From: Albugo candida
Lineage: Eukaryota
DNA: 64,000 nt
Direction: 5' to 3'
Assembly (NCBI GenBank): GCA_040437565.1
Contig: JBDOQK010000042.1
Coordinates: 62,001-126,000, forward strand
The notes below the pieces were generated by a model. It was not told where the DNA came from. It did no database searches and worked only from the letters and a program-made list of their open reading frames with translations. Within the stretch, counting starts at the first letter, position 1, and every line of letters begins with the position of its first letter. A program made the translations under genes and the position numbers. Shown here in pieces: positions 14,481 to 27,790 of the stretch.

Positions 14481-15399
14481 TCATAGCAGGCTAATATCTG
14501 TCATACCCCAATGCCCTTTGTGTTATATCTGAACTAAACTCGTCTTCGTTCAGTCATCGATTTTTATTGTCGTGATATTATAATGGGTACAAAGTGGTGG
14601 AGTATTTTTTCTTGTAGAGGGAGTGCAAGGTCGTTTTTTTCCATCTCAAATGGAATGATGTCGTGATGATGTTAACTTTATCGGAGCGGGGTTTACAGAA
14701 ACACATTCGAAAATAATGGGAATGGTCGGTACTGTACTGTAGTCACGAGATGAATATGAAAAATTAGTATAGACATCTAGGTGCAAGTATTAGGGTGGCA
14801 GGTATAACGAGGTATAACTAATCTTAAGCATTCAAAAAAAAAAAAATTATTTATATCTTCTTAAACTTTTTCTTTTTTTTTGGGTATATTTTTTATTTCT
14901 GTTCAGAAGTAGAAAAAGTACCTCGTATGAAGAAAATAAGGATTCTATGTTCAGAAAAAACTCACTATTCAGCGGTTAGAAGAACTAACGAACATCACAG
15001 TCGCTTAACTACCAGGATAACCTTAACCTATCTGCTTTTAACTGCTCGTTACACACTAGCACCTCATATACCGACGCAAAGCTTTTTACGGGTGTTATGC
15101 ACGGCATCATGGGTTCACAACTTCACATTGGCGTCTAATCTTTAGATACCTACAATGCCTATTTAGCACCTATAACGGGTGGACGCACCACCGTCCACTT
15201 GTTAACTTCCACAAAGCAGTAAACAAACATGCTCATAAATCGAAAATGCTCAAAATATTATTTTTTCAAAAATGTTTTGCTGTCAATGCTGAGGTTGGGA
15301 ATTGAACTCATTTTTTTCTTCTATGAGTCGTCTGTATTTTGGGTAAAGTAGTGTGAAACTCGTATATAAAATTGGCATGACTAAGATGGCTATCTAGCT

Positions 15400-18300
15400 A
15401 AATGTAAATGGATTTATCACGCTGGTATAAAAATGATTTTTTATCGTAAGGTCTTGTGAATATGAGCGCCTCGAGAGCCATATCTTACTCAGGTTAGGGG
15501 AAGATTTGATGCGAGACAAAAACACTTGTCGGTCGAGATGGAGGAGATATTGCGCAATTATAGCTCTTCCTCTTGTAAAAGTTCTAGACCCTTCATCTTG
15601 GCCTCGGTTCTGCAAGCATTTGATTGTAGTTTGTATCTCTTTTCTGTCTTCTATAATTTCCTAAATGTGTAATTCTTTCAGTATGGATAGTTCTGGGCTT
15701 CCGGTCGACGAACTTCGAGTGCAATAGCTTGCTCCATATACTTCCGTCCCGCTTCAGTCAGTATACCGACTTTTTTTTAAATAAAGCAAGCTCTTTCGTA
15801 TGCGCAATTCCATTTTGCTCCAAATTATCTTGACCGACTTGCATTCTACTTGGCACGCTCCTGTATATTTCAACTTCTTTCTCCTTTTCAGCCCTGACAT
15901 ATGCATTTGGTACGTCACCTTAATGTGCTGGCACCTTCCATCGACGGGACAGTACCAAAATCATCTTTGCGGTACCAACTATCATTACCACAGCGAATTT
16001 CGAAGTGTAAGGGATTCCAAAAAACTCTTTATTGCCACATTCAACAAGTCTTGGTTCATATCTCTCCGCAATTCAATCAGCACCTGTCTTCGTCTTGCAA
16101 ACCTACTTGGTGTATAGAACGTGTGAGTCTTTCGGTGGAACGACCACTCTACACACAACATTTGCATATAAATCGTTCAGCTCTTCATTTACGGCCACGA
16201 ACCACTTACCTTTGCTAGTGCTCGTCACATCCTCGCCGTAGTTTCTTCGGTATGGCTCTCTGATAGTGACTACAACGTCTTGAACTTCAATAATGTTGAG
16301 TTTGTCACTTGGCTTGTCGACCTCATCGCCTCTTGACAGTGTAATTTGTACTGGAAATTGACTAAAGTTGTATTTGTGCTTGTGGAGTCTAGAGTATATT
16401 TCCTTTTTTTTATGCGTGCCGTATTTTCTACCTATCGAGGACCGTAATCATGCAAGTACTNNNNNNNNNNNNNNNNNNNNNNNNNNNNNNNNNNNNNNNN
16501 NNNNNNNNNNNNNNNNNNNNNNNNNNNNNNNNNNNNNNNNNNNNNNNNNNNNNNNNNNNNGTGCCGTATTTTCTACCTATCGAGGACCGTAATCATGCAA
16601 GTACTTATGTTCAGAACGATTGGCGAACACTTTACCTTTTCACTAAAACACTCCTATTTTACCTATGAGAACTACCGGCGGTCTACTGACCGTCTCTGTG
16701 TCGAGCTTATCTTTCCAACAAGGTGTCGGTCACCTCTCTATCCGGACGACCGCCCTTTCATTGACTGTTTATCGTGGTTGCCGTCAAACTCTTCCTGACA
16801 TTCACTACCATGCAAAGCTTTCCCCAGTTCAATGTCTGTAATATCGGTCAAGGTTTCAACATTCCGAACATGCTGAGATACCACGACTAAAGGATTCCTT
16901 GGTATGCAGATCAATATCTCTTCATCTCATCTCCTGTCAGATGATTATTGCCGCTTCTCCTCGCACGACCTAAGATTTGAGACACATACCACAATGTACA
17001 CTTATTACCAGTCATTTCTTGGTCAACAGCTCAAAAGGCGAAATGCCACCTTCATTCGTCTTGGTGGGACTTCGATACAGGATTTGAGCTGCGTTTCCAT
17101 CAGCATTGCCCCAAACACGATCCATCTATTCATTAATGTCATTACTTGCCTGGTTGTTTCTATTACTTGATTGGCTTGACACACCAGTTTTCTTGCAGAA
17201 CACACGTCCGGTTGTTTGTGTTTGCCTCCAACTTATGTACGTAAGACATGTAAATTTATCCGCTTCAGAAACACGAAGAAGTGCTTCAAAGTTCACCGTT
17301 GCACGTCCTTAGTCTTCGCGAGGAACGCTCGACAATAGTTTAAGCGATTATACATAAAGTTGATCAAATACCTATTGTCTAGTCTATCACGTGGAGTCAT
17401 GGTATCTTTTAAGTCAGAACAGATGACCCCACCCAATCACATCGATGTGCTAAGTCAACCACTGCCCTTGTGTTACTTTACGCTCTACGTCAGTGCTCAG
17501 GCCAAAAAGTTAGTACTTTTAGTTTGATATCAGAGTCAGGGTCACGGGCCATCTTCATGATCTTGTCGGAACACAGATAGTCAAACGAGGATGAAACTGC
17601 AACAGGCTTCCATGCCTGACACCCACGTGATGTTCATGCCCATCACTTTTCACGATTTTCTTAAACACTCTTTTAGGATAATCGTCAACCGAAATATCAT
17701 CGTGAACTGCAACGACTAACAGTCGTTGCTACATTGAACGTCCAGGATGGGTGCACCACCAGGGTGAGAGACCATAAAACGTCTCCCTTTAAGGTGCTGA
17801 GGACCGCATCCCTTCTTTTCAATTTACCAAAGAACATGATGTTACGCCCCAAATTGGATGCGTTCAAAGCATGGAGAAGGCAGATGGTCTTCACAATACC
17901 GAATCATCCCCACACTTCCTTGTTTAGGTGATACACAAGGGTCTCCCATTGGAGGCTGCAAAAAAATATTCTTTCAGTCAGTCTTTCGCATCGTCGAGAA
18001 ATCTCATGTCATTGACTAAACGTCGTCCTGGTTCGCTGTCCGAAAACCTGTTGTTTGCTGAGCTAGACCGCCCATCACTGAGAGTTGGAATAAAATTTGC
18101 ATATTTTCGTTTCTTGCCTCTCTTCTAACAAACTTCCTCAAGGTGTCCAGTGTTGCCACATTGATAGAAACTTTTTTATTCTCAGTATTCAGGACGGTTC
18201 TGGGTCGTTTCAATCTTCCTTCTTTCCTTCGTCAGCTCGACGACGTTCACTACGTCTCTTTCGAAATGTTTGACTGAAAATCTAGCTCTGTCGATTGTGC

Positions 18301-19350
18301 AAATTAACTCCTTAGCCTAACGTAGGTACTTAGCATAATTGAAGTCAAACGAGACAACATCGTCGTGCTCGTGGTTGGTTCAGCGTAGTGGACAAGGCTG
18401 TCCGCGCCTCCGCACGCGTCACTCACCACTTTTAGATACAATAAATAGTCCTTCCAGGTATGCTAAATAGTCCTTCCAGGTATGTTGCGATGACTGACTC
18501 AAGGTTTCAGATCACACAGAACCAGAGGCACCCTCGGAAAAGCCAAATTGTTGCAAAAAATCTTTGCCCCATCCAATGGGCCCACCACCAAATCCATAGT
18601 GGAGTTGATTTCCGCCGAAAGGTTGCAATGCCAATTTTCATTGGCGACCATCCTGGACGCCTTCGCCTATCTAGACAGGTTGGTAATAACCAGAACCTGG
18701 TATACGTATACCTGGGTGTAGCACTGACCATGAAGTCCAGTCTCAGGTCTCTGAAGATTTTTTAGTTGCTACCAACCTGAGACCGTACGTCAATCTTACC
18801 CCCAGCATAAGCTGCCATCGGGCACCAAATAAGTTGGCAGCAAAATATTCGGCGAACGTTTGGGAGGAGGTTATGCTATGAAGTCTAGAGACTGACACAT
18901 GCCCTTGATCTTAAAACCGAATCAAAAGGGCTTGACTCCGCAGATTCGTTGCGATTTCGATCAACTTACCTGGAATGCGAGAATTCCATCCTACATATCC
19001 ACTCCGACAAGTCATCAAGCATGGCGAGCATCATGTCTAGTGCCTTTCGCGGACACTGTCGACTTTTCTTTGAATAGTTGTTCTTTGGTCCTATTTTGAC
19101 CCATGACGACCACATCAGGGTTAGCTTGCTCAGTTGCGTCACCATCACTTTCCGTGGGGCTCACAACCTCTGAAATGTAAGCGTTATGGACTTGCTGCAA
19201 TATAAGAAGAAGTGAAGTAAAGAATATACTCAGCGTTACCCTTTTTTGTCAGGCTTACAGCATGCATGCTCAACGGCACTGCAACTTGACCACGTCAAGT
19301 TGAACATGGCGCCCGTCTGGTTCCCCCATTATCTTATGATGTCCCCACGT
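15400..19350 (-). mobile_element. Degenerate Ty1/copia LTR retrotransposon (gag, integrase, RT remnants)
   Basis: Manual minus-strand translation: gag-like PFGGNQLHYGFGGGPIGWGKDF (~18.55-18.63 kb); NLGRNIMFFGKL (~17.82-17.86 kb); integrase start IDVIGGVICSDLKDTMTPRDRLDNRYLINF...YCRAFLAKTKD (~17.31-17.45 kb); VVVSQHVRNVETL (~16.85-16.89 kb); RT-like remnants at ~15.9-16.3 kb. Integrase before RT is the copia order. No LTR pair identified. Confidence 0.8.
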
Positions 19351-21186
19351 GGCGACCGATCCTCCTCGTCCCATCTGTCAAGTACTCACCAAATAGCCAA
19401 TCTGGTGGGTCGAACTTTATCTGCAATTGTCATTGCAGATAAAACTCTTATGACCTGTTAGAAACGATATCTGCTAATAGTTAGGCACCTCTCTATACCT
19501 TAGATAGAGTCAGCACTATAAGCAGGGGATACAGTAGGACAATTCGGGTAGAAAAGAAACTTTAGAAAATAGTATTTTGAATCAGCATAGAAAAACTATA
19601 AAAGAAAACAAACTAAGATGGTAATTTCAATGAATTAGTAAGAATGTTGAAGCTTTAATAGGCATGCAATACACTAAAGCATGCAATGAAACAAAACATG
19701 TAAGAACTTTATGTATTATGTATTATGTATGAAGCAAGCAGAAATCCAACAGAATAAATCGTAGAAAACACATCTAGACATATCTCGAACCGAGATACAT
19801 CAAGCAGAAAATGTAACAAACATAAACAAATCAAGTAGTAAGCTCAAACTGAATAGGAAAAAAAGATGAAGTAGAGATGTGAACGCAAGGCTTAAACTAA
19901 TTCAAAAGAAAAAGAAGGTTCAAACGTAAAAGCTAAACCAAAAATATTTCTGCTTTGACTCCTTGGTGACATTTAAAACGTTTTAAGAACCTGTATAACG
20001 AATAGATACAAACTCTGCATTGCGGTCATCAGCCGATGCCTTTATCTTGAATTAAATGTTTGAGATGATGTCGAGAAGTTTGCTCCTCTTAAGTCGCCTC
20101 TATCAATATTGTGTTCAGACAATACCATATTTGGAGCACCAACGGTATAGAGGCAGTGTGCATAGTCAATCACAGAACAATACTGTGAACTGACGTAGAA
20201 GTTTCTTTCACATCCAATGAAGTATTCATTTCGCGCACGAAGGGGTAATAAACGCTACATTATGAAAATACATAAAAAAACGCGTTTATTTCTTCTCTTT
20301 TAAAATATTTCCGTACTACCAGTTCACTTCCAATTAAAACCAAAGTATAACGAAAAACAACTGAGATTAGTATATGTTGGTGGCAGGAATCCTTGCGAGA
20401 GAGATATCCATCGGCTTTGGTCCAATGTATCTGTAGATTTCTGTAGCAAAAGGGACAATCTGCAATAAAAGTAAGTGACTGCACCAGCGAAGATTGCAAA
20501 GCTAGGCACCAATTGAGTCTTTTCAGAGAAAGCTGCTAAAATATGGACAGGTATGCCGCAGAGAAGCTATCGAAAGATCGTTTCTTACACTCACTTGATG
20601 CAAAACTGTATTCAATCCCATTATCAATGATCACTTGACATAAGAAGGAAATAAACTTGTGAGAAAAATTAATTTGAGTCTGGCTATATTGAGCCACAGG
20701 CATGACAAGTGTTGGTACGTCTTCTAGATGAATCCGACAATAGGAGAAATATAAAAGGCGGATTAGTTGCAGGGTCAAGATGGTAAACCACGTGCGGGGT
20801 ATCGGAATTAAGAAGAAATGGAGGAAAACAGGAGATAAAAGTGCAGATTATCATTCACATTTTTATTTGAAGCATTGATCCTCAATCGTCTTTTCAATTA
20901 GATGAGTTTGAAAAATTCGGTGATATATTCGAGAAAGTATGAAAAGGGGTGGTGATGCACGATTGATTACCTGGCCCTTTTTTAGATTTTCACAATCGTA
21001 AATCGGAATCTGTATTCCACCTGATAGCACCCACATAACCGTGATCAAAACGATAAAAAACAGCTGAAGTTGCATGATGTGTCGTGACAAAGAATTTTGT
21101 CGAACGAAAATGACTTAAGAGATTATCGGATTGTTCACAATGCTATACGACCTATTATTTCATAGCGATGTCAATCTAATAATCAG

Positions 21187-22686
21187 GGGAGCCGCTATGG
21201 CCACAGTCATTAATACTACGGCCACAGGCAATTGATCTAACCAATCACGGCTCACAAAATTATATTGCTGCTAAGTACGCCAGAACTGGCGAAGCAGCAA
21301 ATGAACATTATACCTTTCACGCAGCCAACCCCACCTGGTGACATTTTCCAACATATCAACCGGAAGATCTCATATTACACCCTTCGGAAAGTATTTGAAT
21401 AGTTTAGTTATAGAGCATTTTTGAGCGACCTCAATATCAACGTGATGCAATGGCCAGCACTCTCACCCGATCTAAATCCAATAGAGAACCTCTGGGGAGA
21501 CATGGCGCGTGCTGTGTACGGAAACGGACGCCAATATCACTCCGTGGGAAAGCTCAAAGCCTGGGTCAAGAAAGCATGGTCGGACTTCAGTTCAGCGAGG
21601 CTGGAATTCCCTAAACTCCATGAACGATCGCTGCTCGGAAGTGGTCGAGCTAAAGGGATCGAAGACACACTACTAGCATGCATCTACATGTCATAATGAG
21701 TTGACCAGAGCTGAGGATCGTGTAATATAGCTGGTGTCCCTATCATTTTGTCGCGGTCCTGTTTTCACTTTTAGGACGATAACGTTTGATNNNNNNNNNN
21801 NNNNNNNNNNNNNNNNNNNNNNNNNNNNNNNNNNNNNNNNNNNNNNNNNNNNNNNNNNNNNNNNNNNNNNNNNNNNNNNNNNNNNNNNNNGGAAGTGGTC
21901 GAGCTAAAGGGATCGAAGACACACTACTAGCATGCATCTACATGTCATAATGAGTTGACCAGAGCTGAGGATCGTGTAATATAGCTGGTGTCCCTATCAT
22001 TTTGTCGCGGTCCTGTTTTCACTTTTAGGACGATAACGTTTGATCCAAAACTCCAAATCCAATTCTGATTGCACATTAGGAATGCAGTCAAGTTATTGGA
22101 TGTATTCATGGTATTTACAACAATATAGCCCTCTTTTGTTGGTCAATTGCCACCAAAAAAAGGTGTCCCTATCTATTTGTCGCGGAGTGTAATATTCCTT
22201 TCTTCCTACCTTTTTTTTCCATTCACTAATGTTTCGCCATGACAGCTACAAGAAGCTCCATGTCCAATGGCAACCGGCGCGAAGCCAAGCTCTTCTACTT
22301 ATATTACTAGATACTTTTAATTCTAAAAATAGAATTTATATCAGCAAAAAATGAAGGATTAAAAAACGATTTTTAATTTCTCTCAACAGCAACAGCCACC
22401 TTTCCAACATCCGAATCTTTAGTCTCTACTATTAAGCTACCATATACAGATATCAGAAAAAAACCGTACTTACGCTGGAACAATATAACAAAAAAGCGTA
22501 AGAAAAAGAATGAGCTCGTGTACAAAAGTAGACAAGTGACCTGATTGGCTAGCGTAATTAGCAACAATTAAATTTTGTGAGCTGTGATTGGTTAGATCAA
22601 TTGTCTGTGGCCGTATAGTTTTGTCTGTGGCCACAGTAATAATGTCCGTGGCCGTAGAAGTTTTGTCTGTGGCCATAGCGACTCCC
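21187..22686. mobile_element. Non-autonomous Mutator-like (MULE) element with long TIRs and a 9-bp TSD
   Basis: The left end GGGAGCCGCTATGGCCACAG...CAATTGATCTAACCAATCACGGCTCACAAAAT is the inverse of the right end ATTTTGTGAGCTGTGATTGGTTAGATCAATTG...GTGGCCATAGCGACTCCC. Identical AATAATCAG lies at 21178-21186 and 22687-22695. Confidence 0.85.
21412..22191 (+). mobile_element. 3' fragment of a Tc1-like DD34E transposon with right terminal repeat
   Basis: WPALSPDLNPIENLW motif. A frameshifted C-terminus NSMNDRCSEVVELKGSKTHY* follows. The element ends ...TTTGTCGCGGAGTG followed by TA (22190-22191). 21636-21790 is duplicated at 21891-22045 across the gap. Confidence 0.9.
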
Positions 22687-23299
22687 AATAATCAGATATC
22701 AACATAAATAGAGCTAATTACCATTCCTGGTCTATCTAGGACAGCGGGGGTTTTTCTTTAGGGCACTATCCTTAAATAAAAATTCCTCAAATTCGATTTT
22801 CTAGGACAAAGCTACCTTTTCCACAAGAAAAAAATCATGGTATGTGCGATACAGAAGAAGCACTGCTTTTTCACCTTGTTGTTGCTTACGTGATTGCGAC
22901 GACTTTACTTTTTGCGTCAGCTTCTTCTTGCACTTTCCCGCCTCATTATTCATTACTCTCGCAATTTTCAGGATTGTTGCTTGTTATTCCTCGTCCTCGT
23001 CTTTCATTATTACATTCATGAACTCATTACGCCATCACTCCTCAGCATAGATCACCATATCATCCTTGATGAATCATAACACCAGAATCATTCAACCACG
23101 TTCTTCTATCGTCCTATCGTGATAAGGTAAAAAGCCTCACATAGCAATGGAACACATAGCTCTTAACCAAGAAAAAGAGTTATCCAGACCAACCAAGGAG
23201 ACAATGGTAAACAAAAGCGCCAATTCGAATGGAAGGATACATACGTACAGCGGTTTAGGCTTCTAATTAAAGATAGACGTGCTCTAACACGAAGAGTAA

Positions 23300-24780
23300 T
23301 AACGGCTTCTTGTCGTTTCTATGTAACCTTCGATCGAGAACAGAAAATTAATGAAAAGAATGGGATAAGGAGCTAAATCAGAAGAGAAGACAGACAATAT
23401 TGCGGATGTTTTGAAAGAAATGCAAGGAAGAAGAGGTGCAAACCTTCCAATAATATCAAGGAATGAAGCAGTGCATTCTGTACAAACAACATCCGTAATC
23501 ACATGCATGAGTAGTATCCAAAGAAATGTTCTCAGTATACATCGATACTCGAGAATGTTCGTTTGGAGATCCTTTCAGGTGCTGCCGGGAGAAGTGATCT
23601 TATACCACAGTCTAATAATCTAAAGTCATTTTTTTGAATTCCTACATCCCGCCATTTTTTCCCAAGGAAAGTAACATGTCAAAGATCACTACAGCAATCT
23701 CGAGGAACATTGTCGATGATTTGATTCTGAAGACATTGTTCAACGTGGACGACGATGACGAAGAAAATCAGGCGCTATCTTCCGCCAGATCCCTTTTCAC
23801 GCCTCTCACAGAAATCTCAAAAGAAGGAGAGGCTTCGCCAGTCGTTGCCAACTACGCTGTGGTTATCAAAAATGCATCGGAACTTGCGTATGTCAAGAAT
23901 CTTTTTACGTGCGGTCTATCCTTCTCTCAATTTGAAAAAGCTATAAAAATGTCCCGAAAGCAGTTAGGTCAAGCGTCAAAGCTTGAAAACGTATCTCCAA
24001 ATGACGTTTCCTCTTTAGCTCAAATCTCTTGTGCACTAAGCCTGGAGATGCTCGGTGAGTTACTAAGACGATATTGGACCTTCTCTATCGAGATAGATCT
24101 TTTACTGATTCCGATGGTAATTCTTGCTGGCCTTTCCCCGAAGGCTTCCCACAGAAGCTGACATATGCAATTTTTAAGCCCTTGCGATCCCAATGTATGA
24201 GTACCACAATAAGGAATCTATGAGGGATCATTGCTTGGCAGCTCTCATGGTCGATGTAGACAGAAAATAATTGGAATCAAGACGAATGGTGCTGCTGTGC
24301 TGCTTCGATGACCGGACTTCGCAAAGGATTGACTTCACGATTGCAAGATGTTGCTTCGTCAGGTTTGTACAGGGTGTGGTGTGGGGCTCATCAACTTGAC
24401 CTCGCGTTAAAGAATCTTTGCAATCGCTACCGGAAGACTTCATGAACACTCTCACTGCCATTATCGGCTATCTTCGACGTCAATAGAAATTTATATGTTA
24501 GAAAAAATGCAGAAGCCCTTACTACATCACTGTCCGCTTTCCTCTTTGGTTTCGGTAACCTTCTGTTATCGGAAGCATCGAGACCGTGTGATGACATTTC
24601 TCATGGAAAAAGATGTCCCCTGGCGGCCAAATGATCATTGGTGGTTGATGTTGATTGTCCTTCACAAGTTCCTGGGCATGATGTGTTGAAGAAGCGCAAC
24701 TACTGAGGTGAAAGGTCGCGACTGTTGATACAACGGACACGGAAGGTAACCAGGATTGCAATCCAAAATACGTTTAGCTT
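23300..24780 (+). mobile_element. Degenerate hAT-like transposase remnant
   Basis: ORF 23634-24161 contains CGLSFSQ...ISCALSLEMLGELLRRYWTFSIEID, resembling the W.FS...D first catalytic Asp region of hAT-like transposases. Stops and frameshifts on both sides. Confidence 0.55.
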
Positions 24781-25199
24781 TCAATTTTTCAATATACATC
24801 TAAGCTCAACAACAGTTAATGAGCCCAACAGCAAACTACTCGACTCCTCGACAGATAGCCCCGGAAAGGGACGGTGCCGAGACGCAAGTGCCCACACTGA
24901 AAGCGGTCGCTGACCTGTTCGAGCTGCACAAGGAGACGCGATCGGTCTCGGGCGCGTCCGAGGTCCAAAAGTGCGACTAGTATTTCCGGTGCGAGCTCTG
25001 AGTGGACGGACTGGATTGATAGCCTCCTCTCATGGATGGCGCAGTAGCAGGCCCAATTGATGGAAAACCAGCTGAAGATGCAAGATCAGCTAGGTCATTG
25101 AGCCGAAGCTGCGTCCGAGCACCCATTTGACAAGTCGAACGCCTTTACTAATTCTATCATAGCGCGCGACTGTCAAATGAGGATGGGACCACTCTATGA

Positions 25200-25540
25200 G
25201 CCAACATATAATGCCGTGCTGCCTCAACAAAAAGGGCATGCCGCCGCCTAATCAGCCGCCTCAACGAGAGAAGTAGTATCAGGCACCAAACCCGTCGCAG
25301 CATTACACGCCACCGGATGCTTATGGGGCAAAGATACCAAACCGTCGGAATCTCGACTGGCCTGGATTTTCAAAATTCACGGTTAAAGAGCCATCCCCGG
25401 GTGTGGACGCCGACTTTAAGGAGTGGGCAAAGCGTTTCCTACAGCGACTCGGCGTAGCGCAGCTGATGAGCGGAAGTGATTGGCCGGAAGAGCTCAAGAT
25501 CCTCGCACTGAGCGGCAAGTGGGACAGTGCGGCGCTAAGT
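25200..25540 (+). mobile_element. Copia-type gag fragment
   Basis: Translation LDWPGFSKFTVKEPSPGVDADFKEWAKRFLQRLGVAQLMSGSDWPEELKILAL is related to the gag segment at ~18.5-18.6 kb. It is truncated at ~25540. Confidence 0.65.
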
Positions 25541-25749
25541 TAGGTCTAAGAGTATTGAGCTTCACTTACAAACGCGAACGCTAACTGAACTGAGTGATTG
25601 CAAATTTGAGCGCGAAATATTCACGTCGAAAATTAGCGGACAGTACTATCATATTGCCCCTTACCTAAGCGTACGTTAGCACTAGAGTTGAGAGTTTATC
25701 ACATCGTGTTCAATTCACACAGCGTTGATGATAGCTTTTAACAGTTTCA

Positions 25750-27790
25750 GAAATGTTTCTAACGCGTGAATTACAAATCAGTGGTCACAATGTTGAGAAG
25801 AAACTCACATTGTGTCATAATTTCTCTGCTGGCCGGAGACCGCGTTTGTGTTGGTCTCGACGGTCTCGCGCTCGTACTCGGCTGGCACGTGTTAGACGCT
25901 CACCACGGGGCGACCCAAAGGCGAGATATGTTCACCATGCGAAGACGTCGTTGCAATTGGAAATGGCAAACGGCAGCCTGATGTGAAGTGCAAGTTTTTC
26001 TCAATACTCATCGTCAACGCTCAGTTTCGTAACATGCCCCACCTCATGCGACCGTCTGCTCTGGATTAACGAACGCAGACAAGCAAAAGTGGATTGCACT
26101 GTATAAGAAAATGGAGAAGGAGAAAGAGCTAAGGCGCCTCGTAAAGAGTAGAATGTCGAACCAAACGCCGTCCATCCGCCGCCATTCAAAGACCCAGAGC
26201 CCTTCATCCTGATCCATCACCAAGCGTCTCTTCCAGACCTGAAGCAAGTCTATTCGCCGCAGTCCTCGCATTCCTGCAATCAAGAAGCGCATACGCGCAG
26301 AGCGACATTTGGCAGTAGCAAGAGCAACTATTGCAACTGGGGTAGCTTTTCGTGTCGTTGAAGACAAGTGTTTTCGCGCCATGTTCGATGATGAAAACAA
26401 TGTACCGTCACGATTTCAGGGTAGTTGCTCGACCAGGTGTACAATGGTGAGCGCGAAAATGCTTTGAAGGTATTGGAGTCAACAAAGTCTATTTGTTTCG
26501 TTACAGACGGCTTGTCAAGCCGATGAAATGAGAGCATTATCAACTATATTATCGTCGACCCCTACATCAATCAATCTTCTGGGAGTCTTTTGCGACAGGT
26601 TGAGCGTCCCACGACGCTGACTACATCACTGAACAGATTTTACACGTCATTGAGAGATTGATGCGGTTCTTGGGCGCAAAATAGTGTGAGCAGCTGTAAC
26701 CGATAACGCTGGCAATATGAAAGCGCCTGGAAAAAGCTAGAATGGTCGGGTCGCGATCTGATTTGAAATGGGTGCGCTTCTGATGCGATGACTTGTTGAT
26801 GAAGGACGTGTTCAAGCTTGAGTATTTGAGTTGGGTTCTCGATCGCTCCAAATCATTGACAACCGTCGTCAAGCAGCGACATGCTCTTCTGGATCGTTTT
26901 CCGTAATTCAAAAGAGCCTGAAGGGACCTGGCTATAGACGGCGTGCGCTTTTCATGACAGAAGCAACGCGTTGGTCCTCGTGTGAAGCTTGTATTAGGAG
27001 TGTCGTTGATAACCGAAGTGTAATCGCTGCTACTTTCGCTGATGAAGAGCTTCTCCGAAAATTCCAGAGGAGTGAACGCTATCGAAAGAAGCGAAAGACA
27101 TCGTTGGGGATGCAGAGTTTTGTCAGCAAGCGTCGCTGGTCCTAAAGGTGGTGAAATAATTACCGAGTGCCCAGCGGTTTTCGAGAAAGACAACTGCTGC
27201 ATCTCGATGACGAATCATCTTTTCAAGTGTCACGATGAAACCTTCAGCAAGACAGTCGATCCACGCAATGACTACTTCAAGGAAGGCGTTTTTGTTCACC
27301 ACCTGCGGCGTACGTACTTGACCAGTCCAAGTCAGTTCCATCCTTCAGCGATGACACCATCAACATTACCTTTCACTTCACTACTGGCGGAGCGCATCGG
27401 ATTGCATCAGGGTGTGGCAAAAGATGACGTCCATCGTCAGCTGGTATCGTTGATACAAGCAAAGATGAATTGGACGACCGAGGAGAAAAAGAAGCACTCC
27501 TTGTTCAGCCCACTCGATTAGTGCTCGTTCTCGACTGCTTATCCTTCCGTAAAAAATATCGCGATGCATGTGCTCTACATTATAACGTCTTCGGCAGCCA
27601 GCAAGCAAAGTTGGAGCATACACAGTTTTATTCAGTAACAACGTCGAAATCGGTTAAGCTCTGAGCGTCTCGACAAATTGATGCTTGTCTATTCTAACCT
27701 GGGTGACAAAGGTGCTGCCAACCGCATCCTGTATGACCTGTATCCAGAGGTGGATGATTTCATCGAGAACCGCGAAGGAGAAACAAGTAT
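25750..27790 (+). mobile_element. Degenerate hAT (Ac-like) transposase
   Basis: Fragments AFRVVEDKCFRAMF, ICFVTDG, LLMKDVF and TEATRWSS, plus a C-terminal dimerisation-like SWSIHSFI..RRNRLSSERLDKLMLVYSN. Multiple stops and frameshifts. Confidence 0.85.

Noticed and set aside
14790-15065. Possible hAT MITE (TAGGGTGGCAGGTATAACGAG ... CTCGTTACACACTAGCACC)
   Set aside because: The terminal match is weak and no TSD was found.
18442-18485. 22-bp tandem duplication TAAATAGTCCTTCCAGGTATG
   Set aside because: A simple slippage duplication inside a dead copia gag.
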